From: Candidatus Micrarchaeota archaeon CG1_02_49_24
GTDB taxonomy: Archaea > Micrarchaeota > Micrarchaeia > Anstonellales > UBA8471
Reading direction: 5' to 3'
Length of the DNA stretch: 42,136 bases
NCBI GenBank assembly: GCA_001871535.1
Contig: MNVF01000048.1
Span: 1-42,136, forward strand
Shown: positions 1 to 9,400 of the stretch, one piece after another
Position numbering within the stretch: position 1 is the first letter of the stretch
Layout: every line of letters begins with the position of its first letter
The notes under the pieces: model-generated
Told to the model about the DNA's origin: nothing
Database searches by the model: none
Seen by the model: the letters and a program-made list of their open reading frames with translations, nothing else
Position numbers and translations under genes: made by a program

Positions 1-198
1 ATCAGATTTTCCGAAGAGCCTCTCTCGCTGATGCGAGAGACCCTGCACAATGTGCAGGGTATGAAGGCTCATTCGGAAATCCAGTTTTCGCTTGATAGCG
101 AAAATCTCAAGGACTGTTGTCCTTGAATTCTCGTGAAGTTGGCGCTTGGCATTCATCCCCGCCCGAAGGGCGGGGTATTCTGCCAACTTCACGATAAA
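1..198. repeat. Multi-hairpin dispersed repeat element, copy A (MITE/REP-like)
   Basis: Starts atcagattttccgaagagcc (also at 29921 and 42019); nested stems gattttccgaa-gagcc...ggctc-attcggaaatc, ttttcgct/agcgaaaa, tcaaggac/gtccttga, tcgtgaagttggc...gccaacttcacga, ccccgccc-gaa-gggcgggg. Confidence 0.85.
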
Positions 199-468
199 AT
201 ACCGCGTCCTTGATGGGGATGCCAACAACAGATTGGATATCATTTGCAGGCTGCAGCCATCCACAGAATAGGCAGTGCTCACAGGTGGAGTAGTGACAGG
301 TGGCGTGGTTGGGGTTTGTGTTTGGGTATTGTTTGCTAGCGCTGGGTTTGTGTTTGGCGCGGTAGTATTTCCCTGACCGCCTGGGTTTAGTGGTGCTGTT
401 TGCTGAGCGCATCCGCTCAAAACCAGCATCAGCAGGACTGCTGCAAGAATAAATGTAATTTCTCTCAT
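1..468 (-). pseudogene. Secreted lipoprotein, apparently frameshifted and interrupted by repeat copy A; open to the window edge
   Basis: Hand translation from ATG 468 (RBS GAGGTGG): MREITFILAAVLLMLVLSGCAQQ (lipobox LSGC), then a Thr/Pro/Asn-rich linker; the last ~200 nt are the repeat. Confidence 0.65.
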
Positions 469-544
469 ATTTCCACCTCACCCTAAAGATTACCCTGATT
501 TTGGTGAAGCATTAATTTTTTTAAATCTGATTGCGATTTTGGGA

Positions 545-592
545 TTAAACCCCAAATTCCTTCACATTCACCCATTCCACGCTGATTAATAC
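545..592 (-). pseudogene. Duplicated 3' end of the C1A peptidase gene
   Basis: Translates VLISVEWVNVKEFGV* versus ALISAEWVNVKEFGI* at the end of 2896..3705. Confidence 0.85.
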
Positions 593-643
593 CGATTATT
601 AAAAATAGTTAAATTTATATAGTTATTTATCTGTATCTTAACT

Positions 644-1519
644 ATGTGGTTAAATTTTAGTAAAATCGAAATATTGGTTCTTGAAAGACTATCTGAGGGC
701 AGCGCAGGCCCCGGGAAATTGGCAGGGGCACTTGGCAAAAAGAATAGCTTCATTTCCAGGGTCATAGGGAAACTGCTGCAAAAAGGAATGATAACAAAAA
801 ACGGTCATGAAATCTTGCTTTCCCAGGCAGCACACGCACAGAGCTTCAAGAGGCTTTACGACTCAAGGCCAAATGCCAGGATTGAGGACTGGCTTTGCGG
901 AAGCGCCATGGACGTAATGATAGTCCTTGCTGGTTTTGCGAGTGGCACTGACATAAAAACACTTGCACAGGAAGTTGCATGCTCGAAGCCAACAGTGTTT
1001 GGGGTGCTCAAGGCGCTTTATTCGGCAGGCGTGGCAGGCAAGCGTGGAAACACTATATGGATATGCGACTCATTTGTGTGCGAGTTTGCGCAAACCTATG
1101 CTGACGGCATCTGCCAGCTTCTCGTTTCAAAGGCAAATGGGCACAACATTTCAACCAGGGTAATAAAAAACGTCGTTGTCAGGACGGATGCGAAGGATGT
1201 TCCGCCCCTCTTTTCGCAAACCGGCATGAATGTGCTAATCGCGCGTGGCATGGATGCAATAAAGACTTCCTATGATGATTACTCCTTTAGCCTGGATATG
1301 AAAAAAAGGGCGGTTGGAGTGGAGGAGGCTTTCATAGATGCGCTTCTCCTGACGACGCTGCTGCTGCACCAGGACAATGTGGTGCTTGCCATTTTCCTTA
1401 AAAAGAACCGGAAAAGATTGAACATTGGAAAACTGCGGGAACTTGCGAAAAGATACAATGTGGCAGGCGAGCTTGATGCCATGCGCCAGGCGCTGGATTA
1501 TGCGGAAAAGGTCGGTTGA
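644..1519 (+). CDS. Tandem wHTH (MarR-like) protein, putative antitoxin/regulator of the adjacent nucleotidyltransferase
   Basis: Two HTH-like segments (LAGALGKKNSFISRVIGKLLQKG; LAQEVACSKPTVFGVLKALYSAG); coupled to the NTase; similar architecture to 20348..21265. Confidence 0.75.
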   Translation: MWLNFSKIEILVLERLSEGSAGPGKLAGALGKKNSFISRVIGKLLQKGMITKNGHEILLSQAAHAQSFKRLYDSRPNARIEDWLCGSAMDVMIVLAGFASGTDIKTLAQEVACSKPTVFGVLKALYSAGVAGKRGNTIWICDSFVCEFAQTYADGICQLLVSKANGHNISTRVIKNVVVRTDAKDVPPLFSQTGMNVLIARGMDAIKTSYDDYSFSLDMKKRAVGVEEAFIDALLLTTLLLHQDNVVLAIFLKKNRKRLNIGKLRELAKRYNVAGELDAMRQALDYAEKVG

Positions 1520-1520
1520 T

Positions 1521-2264
1521 ATGGCAAAAATGTTTGGAAGAGAAGAGCTGTTGAAGGCGTTGGGGAAAATAGGCGCTGCGCTTGGCAGGGATGCCACAGT
1601 GTTTGTGCTCGGAGGCGGTGCAATGTGCTTTCGCAACCAGAAAGATGCCACCAAGGACCTCGACTTGGTATTTTTGAAAACGCACTCAGCGGGCAACTTT
1701 ACCAAATGTGCACGAAGAATCGGATTTGCAAGGCCGCCAAGCATTGGGAACGAATATCAAATGATGGGTGCCTACGACATACTTGAAAATGCGGACGGCT
1801 TCCGGCTTGACGTTTTCTGCAAAACGGTTTGCGGCGCACTCAGCCTGAGCCAACGGATGGAAAAAAGGGCCGAACCTTTTGGCAAGTTTGGCAGGCTGGA
1901 AGTACTGCTGGTTTCAAACGAAGACGTTATTCTTTTCAAGGCGATAACGCAGCGCGCAAGGGATGCAGACGACATAGCCGCGGTTGTGCGTGCTGCCAGG
2001 ATAAACTGGGATGCGATTTTGAACGAATGCAAGGAGCAAAGCATGGAGCACAAATGGTATGGGTTGGTTTACAACAAGCTTGCGGAGATTGAGGAGAAGC
2101 ACGGAATATCTGCCCAGATAATGGGCGAACTATTGGAACTTGACAAGAAAACCATACTTGAGGATGCATACGCCGAAATGCTTTCGCGCGGCATGAAACG
2201 GGAAGATGCGCTTGCCGAACTAGGAAAAAAAGGCTTCACGAAAAAGGAGCTAGAGGGGTTGTAG
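1521..2264 (+). CDS. Nucleotidyltransferase (DUF6036/AbiEii-like)
   Basis: VLGGGAM...TKDLDLV and ILFKAIT.RARDADD motifs; ATG 1521 lies 1 nt after the upstream stop. Confidence 0.8.
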   Translation: MAKMFGREELLKALGKIGAALGRDATVFVLGGGAMCFRNQKDATKDLDLVFLKTHSAGNFTKCARRIGFARPPSIGNEYQMMGAYDILENADGFRLDVFCKTVCGALSLSQRMEKRAEPFGKFGRLEVLLVSNEDVILFKAITQRARDADDIAAVVRAARINWDAILNECKEQSMEHKWYGLVYNKLAEIEEKHGISAQIMGELLELDKKTILEDAYAEMLSRGMKREDALAELGKKGFTKKELEGL

Positions 2265-2879
2265 ATGAAAATGCTTTATCCGTCATTCGCCCCGCCTGCA
2301 AGGTGGAGAAGTGCGCTGCAGGGGAAGTTGCTTGAAAACCCAGCCTGGCGGCAATTGCGGCGGAAAATTTTGGATAGGGATGACTGCACCTGCAACTATT
2401 GCGGTTATCGTTCAGAGAAATTCCAGATAGTTGACCACATTGATGGGAACCCTGAAAACAATGCGGAGAACAACCTTCAAGTGGTATGCCAGATGTGCAA
2501 CCTGATAAAGCACGCAGGGCAGGGCTGCGTAATCGTCGGAATTGTTGACCTCTACAAAAAGTCGAAATTCACCCAGAACGAAATAATCCGCATAGCGCGG
2601 GACATGAGAGACTGTGGCGCAAGCGATGAGAGGATAATAATGCGCATTGGGCTTGAAGAAACGGCGCGGTTCAGGCAGGACCTGGACTACTTGAAAGGAT
2701 TGTATGGTTTTGTGACTTCAAGGCCAAGCCAGGATAGGAATGATATGTACAGCAAATGGGTGGAATACCATAAATTGCACAATAGCCGGACAAACATGGA
2801 CAGGCACCAGGCAAGACTGATGGAGCAGAATGAGCAAGAGGATTTTACGAAGAGCCCCTGCCTAATGAGGGGGTTCTAA
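2265..2879 (+). CDS. HNH endonuclease
   Basis: ILDRDDCTCNYCG...VDHIDGNPENN..NNLQVVCQMCN; the C-terminal residues run into a repeat fragment. Confidence 0.85.
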   Translation: MKMLYPSFAPPARWRSALQGKLLENPAWRQLRRKILDRDDCTCNYCGYRSEKFQIVDHIDGNPENNAENNLQVVCQMCNLIKHAGQGCVIVGIVDLYKKSKFTQNEIIRIARDMRDCGASDERIIMRIGLEETARFRQDLDYLKGLYGFVTSRPSQDRNDMYSKWVEYHKLHNSRTNMDRHQARLMEQNEQEDFTKSPCLMRGF

Positions 2880-2892
2880 GGGGTTCTTCCCT
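2841..2892. repeat. Partial copy of the dispersed structured repeat
   Basis: gattttacgaagagcc start motif followed by short inverted repeats, between convergent genes. Confidence 0.55.
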
Positions 2893-2895
2893 ATT

Positions 2896-3705
2896 TCATA
2901 TCCCAAACTCCTTCACATTCACCCACTCAGCGCTGATTAATGCCCACCAGTCAAGCGCAAGCCCCTGGAGGACGTATTCATATGGCAGGTAGCCATAGCC
3001 CTTGTCCCCCCACTCATCGCCCCAGGAATTCCTTATTATGAACGCGCCGGTGGATTTCCCTATTCTCATGCCGTCATCATATCCAACTGCCAGAACCGCA
3101 TGGCCCCCAAGCACTGATTCGCCCTTTTCAGGGAACGGGATTTTGCCTTCCTTTGCTTCCCTGATTGAGTTATAGACAGTAAACCCGAACATTACCGGGA
3201 TTTCCCCTGCCAGCGTTTCCCGTATGTTTTGTAGGATTTTTTCCTCAGATTTTGCCTGCTCGTCCAATCGGAAGTATTTGAGCGCCTGGTAATTCTGGGC
3301 AAATGAGTAGCAAAAGGCCGGGGGCTCGCTGTCAATTTCTTTCTCAGAATATTCCCAATACTTCTCAGGCGGGGCGCCGAAGAGTACGAGCGCGCCCATG
3401 GTTGTGCGGATATAAGCGCCGGTATCGCCTGTCTGCTGCATCAAATTCCTGGTTGCCTTGTAGATGAACAATCTTGAGACGGTTTCGCTTACTCCCAGCG
3501 CCTTCTTCCTTGAGAATTCGCAGATGCCCGCCGCGGCGTTGGCAGTGCAGGAGCCGATGTTGCCCTGATTAAAGATTGGTGTGCAGTATTTGCGCAGGTC
3601 AACCCTTTCAGAGGGCGCTGTTTGCTTCAGAAGCGAGCTTATTTCGGTTGTGTCTTTTGTGTAATCCCTTGTATCAGGAATGTCTGGAATCCAGCCGAAT
3701 TTCAT
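2896..3705 (-). CDS. Papain-family (C1A) cysteine peptidase
   Basis: QGNIGSCTANA (catalytic Cys), GGHAVLAVGY (His), IRNSWG (Asn); likely start MKFGWIPD with GGTGG RBS. Confidence 0.93.
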   Translation of the reverse strand: MKFGWIPDIPDTRDYTKDTTEISSLLKQTAPSERVDLRKYCTPIFNQGNIGSCTANAAAGICEFSRKKALGVSETVSRLFIYKATRNLMQQTGDTGAYIRTTMGALVLFGAPPEKYWEYSEKEIDSEPPAFCYSFAQNYQALKYFRLDEQAKSEEKILQNIRETLAGEIPVMFGFTVYNSIREAKEGKIPFPEKGESVLGGHAVLAVGYDDGMRIGKSTGAFIIRNSWGDEWGDKGYGYLPYEYVLQGLALDWWALISAEWVNVKEFGI

Positions 3706-3819
3706 AGAAACCACCGCGATAAAGTATATACAAATGATTAGATAAAATGAAGGGTTGGAAACTGATACTTGCTCGAAAAGGATAAAATCATTAAACAAAA
3801 CTAGATTTAATCCAATTTA

Positions 3820-3925
3820 ATTGAATGGATTCCACCAGTCTCTGACTTGACCCTTGTGTCAGGATTGGATTTTACGAAGATACTGCGTATCATTCGAAAC
3901 CCGGATTGAGCCAATTAGGCTCAAT
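3820..3925. repeat. Structured repeat fragment, minimal copy of the dispersed element
   Basis: gattttacgaa-gatac-tgc-gtatc-attcgaaac reproduces the outer stem of copies A/B with a different inner stem; aattgaatggattccacc is shared with ~6353-6370. Confidence 0.65.
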
Positions 3926-3929
3926 AGTG

Positions 3930-4069
3930 CCGCATGCAGCATTTGCTGCATACGGTCCTGCGCCGTTGCGATGAACTGCGAGGAAACCCTCACCCCCCTG
4001 CCGCGCAGGTATATTCCCACGCTGTTTTTGGATGAAGTGCCTTTCGGGGGAAAGCGCATCGCTATCCAT
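3930..4069 (-). pseudogene. Degenerate histone-fold gene, N-terminal part
   Basis: SKNSVGIYLRGRGVRVSSQFI...; shares gatgaactgcgaggaaac with the 5756..5872 fragment. Confidence 0.55.
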
Positions 4070-4165
4070 AAAAGAGTCAGAAATTCTCGTGTCATTTTAC
4101 TTATATACCTGCCACGACATCATGCAGTGGAGGGCCTTGCGCCATTTCCCGTGCCATGGGGGCGT

Positions 4166-4966
4166 TCAGGCTTGCACATTCTCCAAAAACCGGTTGACCT
4201 GGTCCGCAACGATATTTCTTCCGTATCTGTTTTCAGTAAAAATTTCAACCTGGAACGGGCCCATCTGGTTCGCGTTCATGAACTTCTCCCTGACAACCGA
4301 AAGGGAATGCGCAAGCAGCTTTTCCATTCCCGGTGCAAGCTTCCTGCCGGAAACGGCCTTATTGAAATATTCCGCAGCCATCTCCGGGCTTCCGCCATAG
4401 TGCGTGAGCGCAAAAACATCATAGGAGTCCTTCGGCTTTGCCCTTCCGTCCAGTGCCTGCCCCTTGAGCGCGAGCGAGCCGACTAGGTCAGCCACCTTTA
4501 TGCTGGTTTTCACAGCCCCGTTGCCAGGCAGAACCGTTTCCACCTCCTGCCCGAAGTTGAACTCAAAAGCGAGATTCAGGCCTTCAAACGTGAAAGCCTG
4601 CAGGTCAGCCTGCACGTCCTTCAGGCCAATGTACTTTGCGCCTTCCTTGTCGCAGAGAAAGTCAAGGTGGATGCCATAGTCCTTGCCGTCAACCGGCGAT
4701 TTCACATCCCTTGAAAACCTGAATTCGTTCTCCTGTTCATAGCCAAGCCCGAGGACGCTCTTCTTTATCGTGTCGTATTTCTGCATCACTTTTGTGCGGA
4801 GCGCCAAATCTATGTCTATGCTCCCGCAATGGTCGAAATGCCCCCTTGTTATGAAATAAGGCGCCCGGCCTCCGGTAAGCACGATATCATTGTGGTATCG
4901 CTTCAATTCCAGGCCAAGCTCAAGCAGGGCTGATTTTGACGCGCTGGTTTCCTGAGTTCCATACAT
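4166..4966 (-). CDS. Nucleotidyltransferase, AbiEii-like toxin
   Basis: VLTGG...GSIDIDL; LALKGQAL..RAKPKDSYD; downstream of an AbiEi-like gene. Confidence 0.75.
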   Translation of the reverse strand: MYGTQETSASKSALLELGLELKRYHNDIVLTGGRAPYFITRGHFDHCGSIDIDLALRTKVMQKYDTIKKSVLGLGYEQENEFRFSRDVKSPVDGKDYGIHLDFLCDKEGAKYIGLKDVQADLQAFTFEGLNLAFEFNFGQEVETVLPGNGAVKTSIKVADLVGSLALKGQALDGRAKPKDSYDVFALTHYGGSPEMAAEYFNKAVSGRKLAPGMEKLLAHSLSVVREKFMNANQMGPFQVEIFTENRYGRNIVADQVNRFLENVQA

Positions 4967-4970
4967 GGGC

Positions 4971-5633
4971 TCATTTCCCCTCTTTCCATCGTTTTTGGAT
5001 ATTTTTCAGTATCTCCCCGGCCGCCTCTTCGCCCCTCCCGGGATAATTCAGCAAATCCGCATAGAGCTGCACGTCTGAAACAACCCTCACGCCATCTATC
5101 GGGTTTGAACCGTAAAAAACACCGCTATTGCCGGCAATCGCGAACTTCACGTTCCCCCCGCTCTCAATCGGCCTTAGCCCGGCCATGCCTGCCCAGTATT
5201 CCGCGTCTTTTTCATTTCTCACGTATATGTGCGCACCCATCGGCCTTACGAACGGCGCGGAAAGGAGCGCGCCTGCCTGGCAGGTGAACGCATATTCCGG
5301 GCCCTGTTTTCCCTTGAAACGCGCGAACAGGAGGGAGACATCATTTTCCTCCATATAATACTCAAGGAAGCGCGTGTTTGCGGCAAAGTTGCGGTAGTTC
5401 GCCCAGCGGCGCAGCAGGTCTTCAGGGGCCATAATCTTAAGCCCGCCCCTGTCAGTGTCGCGCAGTGCCGCCCGTTCATTTATGAGCGCCCTGCTGACCG
5501 CGGATGCCCAGCGCAGCGAAACCCCGGCTTCCTTGCAAATCTCGCGGAGAGTCCAGGTTTTCGGATATTTCACAAGCAGGGCCCGGAGAATATCCTCTGC
5601 CTTGCCCCGGAAGATGTTCACTGTTGCCGCCAT
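4971..5633 (-). CDS. Type IV TA AbiEi-family antitoxin
   Basis: N-terminal wHTH (TLREICKEAGVS) and C-terminal VVSDVQLYADLLNYPGRGEEAA motif. Confidence 0.8.
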   Translation of the reverse strand: MAATVNIFRGKAEDILRALLVKYPKTWTLREICKEAGVSLRWASAVSRALINERAALRDTDRGGLKIMAPEDLLRRWANYRNFAANTRFLEYYMEENDVSLLFARFKGKQGPEYAFTCQAGALLSAPFVRPMGAHIYVRNEKDAEYWAGMAGLRPIESGGNVKFAIAGNSGVFYGSNPIDGVRVVSDVQLYADLLNYPGRGEEAAGEILKNIQKRWKEGK

Positions 5634-5640
5634 GCAAATA

Positions 5641-5742
5641 CTATGTTTACCTATATTTATATATGTTTACTTTATGTATACATAACTTCTGCGCGAGAGG
5701 ATGTTTACCTTCCTTTATATATGTTTACTAAAAGTAAACATA
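5641..5742 (-). promoter_or_regulatory. Putative autoregulatory operator/promoter of the AbiE pair
   Basis: ATGTTTAC occurs four times; palindromes tatgtttac-taaaa-gtaaacata and tatgtttac-tttat-gtatacata; TATA-like tttatata. Confidence 0.7.
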
Positions 5743-5755
5743 CTCGCCCGACCCC

Positions 5756-5872
5756 TTACAAATCCTGCGGCATCACCGTGCTCCTTCCGTTCTTTTCCGC
5801 CCTTTTGATTGCAGCTTCAAGGATTTCCTTTACTTTCGCATCGAGTTGCGGGATGAACTGCGAGGAAACTCG
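5756..5872 (-). pseudogene. Histone-fold gene fragment (C-terminal two helices)
   Basis: RVSSQFIPQLDAKVKEILEAAIKRAEKNGRSTVMPQDL* fits the histone R-x-T-V-x3-D-L L2/alpha3 pattern; upstream sequence is not histone-like. Confidence 0.75.
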
Positions 5873-6221
5873 CCCGGCTGGGCGAAGAGCTCGTTCCAGT
5901 GGAAGTGAAATACCAGAATCAGATAAGCAACAGCGATTACAATGCAATCAGGAAATTCAAGCACGGCATAATAGCAACCAAAAAAACGTTTGAGGCAAAG
6001 GGCCAGCATGTTGCGATACCATTGCCGATACTGCTGCTATTCGTATGAATGCCGGGAAGCCAGCCGAATTTCATAGAAACACCCAAAAGAATTTTTATAA
6101 ATAAGGAGAATATAATGGGAGGGGGTTGGATGGTTGATTAGATTTGTCACAGCTTCAGCATATCTCTCAAAATAGCTGCCATGCTTGCTATGTCCTCCTG
6201 TTCCATAAAAAGGGAAAGTTA

Positions 6222-6350
6222 TTATTGGGGTTCGGTTTTGGAGTGTTCTCTTTCGTATTTTAACCAGTCCAGGTCGCTTGCGTCATTCCAGGCTTTGAAC
6301 TCTTCCTTCATCTCTTTTTCTGTGGGTTTAGATTTTGATGTTCTTTTCAT
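6222..6350 (-). CDS. Small hypothetical protein (42 aa)
   Basis: Hand translation MKRTSKSKPTEKEMKEEFKAWNDASDLDWLKYEREHSKTEPQ*. Confidence 0.4.
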   Translation of the reverse strand: MKRTSKSKPTEKEMKEEFKAWNDASDLDWLKYEREHSKTEPQ

Positions 6351-6352
6351 TC

Positions 6353-6494
6353 AATTGAATGGATTCCACCTGTCGAGCCGATGCAACCACCAGTCAGAGA
6401 CAGGTGAAATCCATAGCGTCAACAAGCATGCGCCCCGAGCGAAGCGAGCAAGCCACTGGTCTATGACCAGTGGTGGGCGCATGCTTATTGACTC
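6353..6494. repeat. Double-hairpin structured element overlapping the hsdR stop
   Basis: ggattccacctgtc...gacaggtgaaatcc; gtcaacaagcatgcgccc...gggcgcatgcttattgac; inner ccactggtc-tat-gaccagtgg; contains gagcgaagcgag. Confidence 0.7.
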
Positions 6495-9400
6495 CACTCT
6501 TTGGCAACTAATTCCGCCTGTTCTAGCACGGTTTGGGTAGCTTTTTCCTGTTTGTCAGGCGGATATCCGTATTTTCTCAATATTTTTCTGACGGCTATCC
6601 TTATCTCTGCCTTAACGCTTTCCCTGACTGACCAGTCAATTTTTACATTCCTTTTCAAGGTTTCAGTTAACTCACGTGCAATTTTCCTTAATGTTTCATC
6701 ACCAAGAACTTTGACTGCACTATCGTTTGTTTCCAGGGCATCGTAAAACGCCATTTCATCTTCCCTCAAATTCAGTAATTCCCCTCTTTTATCGTGCTTT
6801 TTCATCTCTTTTGCCAGCTCTATAAGCCGTTCAATTACTTCAACAGTCTGTATATTCCTGTTCTGATATTGACTGATCGTTTTTTCCAGCAACTCTGTAA
6901 AAGATTTAGCTGCAACCTTATTCTTCTGTTCACATACTTTGATTTGGTCATTAATCAGCTTTTTCAGCATCTCTAGTGCGAGGTTCTTCTGCTCCATCCC
7001 CTGCACTTCAGCAAGAAACTCATCTGACAATATGGAGATGCCAGGTTTTTTCAACCCTGCAATTTCGAATATGTCTATTACCTTGTCAGAGGCAATGGCC
7101 TTCGAGACCAGTTGCCTAAGCGGTATATCATAATCCTCTTCAGAATACCCTGGTTCGCTTCCCGTAAGTTTGCCCAAATATGCTTTCAACGTCTGGAAAA
7201 ATCCCAGTTCATCAGCAATTTTCATTGCTTCCTCATGGGGCACGGATAAGGCAAAGGCGCGCTTCAACGCAGCAACATTTTTGAAAAATCTTTTTTGCCC
7301 ATTTTCTTGCCTGAGAATATGATTCATTGCATCTCTTAGAATCGTCTCTTTTTTTGAAAGCGCTGCTGTGGCAAAATCGTTATAATCAAACCCATGAAAC
7401 ATGCTGGATACTATCTCATATTTTTCGCGCATGATTTTGATGGCATCCTCCTGTTGGAATACTGGAGTACCTCCCCCACCGCTTTTAGTATATGTAAGGG
7501 TTGCTTCCTTAAGTGGTTGGATTATTCCTATATAATCAACGACCAGCCCGCCTGGTTTACCCTTGAAAACCCGGTTCACCCTTGCGATCGCCTGCATCAA
7601 CCCATGCTCTTTCATAGGTTTGTCAATGTATATTGTGTGAAGGCACGGCACATCAAACCCGGTAAGCCACATATCCCTGACGATAACGAGTTTAAGTTCA
7701 TCACCTGGGTCTTTTATCCTGTTTTCTATCATTTTCCGTTGTAGTTTGGTTCTCATATGCTCTCTTGCAGCGCCGGTTATGACTACTTTGATAGCGCCCT
7801 TGTCGTGCTCTTTGCTATACCATTCTGGCCGTAGTTTGACTATCGCATCATGCAAATCTATGCAAATCCTCCTGCTCATGCATACTATCAAACCTTTTCC
7901 GTCTAATGCGGCTTGCCGTTGTTCAAAATGGCTGACAATATCCTCGGCTATGTGCCGGATTCTTTTTTTTGCCCCTACGACTTTTTCCATTCGTGCCCAT
8001 TTTGTTTTCAATTTCTCTTTTGTTTCGGTTTCCTCAGCTTCAGTTATCTCTTTAAAGTCAGACTCAATTTTCGGCATTCTTTCAGTTTTCAGCCCTATTT
8101 TCGCAAGCCTGTTCTCGTAATAAATCTGGACGGTCATGCCGTCGTTTACGGATTGTTTCATGTCATAAATATCCTTGCATCCTCCGAAAACTGCGGTGGT
8201 GCTCCGGTCATTCGTTTCAATGGGCGTAGCCGTGAACCCTATGAACGATGCGTTTGGCAGGGCGTCCCGCATGTGCCTGGCAAACCCGTCTATGAAATCG
8301 TATTGGCTCCTGTGCGCTTCATCTGCGATTACTACAATATCCCTTCTGCCTGAAAGGAGCGGGAATTTTTCTCCTGCCTCAGCTAAAAATTTCTGGGCGG
8401 TTGTAAAGACGATTCCGCCAGACGCAACCTTCAGGAACTCTTTTAGCGCTTGTTTTGTTGCTGCCTGTTTTGGCATATTCCGCAATAACTCGCTGCATTT
8501 GCAAAAGGTTTCAAACAGTTGGTCGTCAAGGTCGTTCCTGTCTGTGATTACAACTATCGTCGGGTTTCCCATTGCGTCTACTATCTTCCCGGTGTAGAAT
8601 GCCATTGTCAGGCTTTTCCCGGAGCCTTGCGTATGCCAGATTATGCCAGCCCGTTTATCCCCAGAAGGACTGGCAGCTTCAATGGTGGATTTTAGCGCAG
8701 CTAATACGGCATAATATTGGTGATAGGCTGCAAGTTTTTTTATTATCTTTTCAGAGCTTTTGGATTTTTCTTTTTCAAATGTTATAAAATGCCTGACCAA
8801 ATCAATAATTACCTCCTTCCTGAGCATATCCAGAATAAGAGTATCCCTGGAAAATTGGTCCAACTCCTCCAAAACCTTGCCGTCAATGGCTTTCCATTCC
8901 ATAAACCGCTCTATATCCGAGCTGATAGTGCCGGCCCAGGCCTTAACGCCGTCGCTTATGATTATTATCTCATTGTAATGAAAGAGCGTGGATATCTCCC
9001 TAAGGTATCGTTGCATCTGAGCATAAGCTGTTGCCTTGTCTGCCTTTTCTTCTGCAGGATTTTTGAGCTCAATAACGACTAATGGCAGGCCGTTTACGAA
9101 TAGCACGATGTCAGTCCGCTTGTTTATGCCGTTTTCCTTCACAGTGAACTGGTTCACTGCCAGGAATTCGTTATTTTTGAGATTGGAGAAATCAACAAGC
9201 TTAACTGTGTCATCTTTGATAGAGCCATCCGTTCTCCGATATTGAACATCCACGCCGTCAACAAGCATTTTATGGAACAGATGGTTGTTGTGGATTAGCT
9301 TCTGGCTCTCAGCGCGCAGGACTTTTTTAACTGCTTCCTCTTTTGCATCGCCCGGAATCGCAGGGTTGGACCTGTCAATTGCATCGTTCAGCCGCTCAAT

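Noticed and set aside
107..481. 124-aa ORF from the track
   Set aside because: The alternative frame from ATG 468 has an RBS, signal peptide and lipobox; this ORF is mostly off-frame and ends in repeat sequence.
3854..5993. Long + strand ORFs (210 aa and 254 aa)
   Set aside because: Antisense shadows of the AbiE-like genes with no recognisable motifs.
7740..7790. HsdR seems a few residues short around [13 protein letters not shown]
   Set aside because: The frame is intact and all motifs are present; a deletion cannot be established without an alignment.
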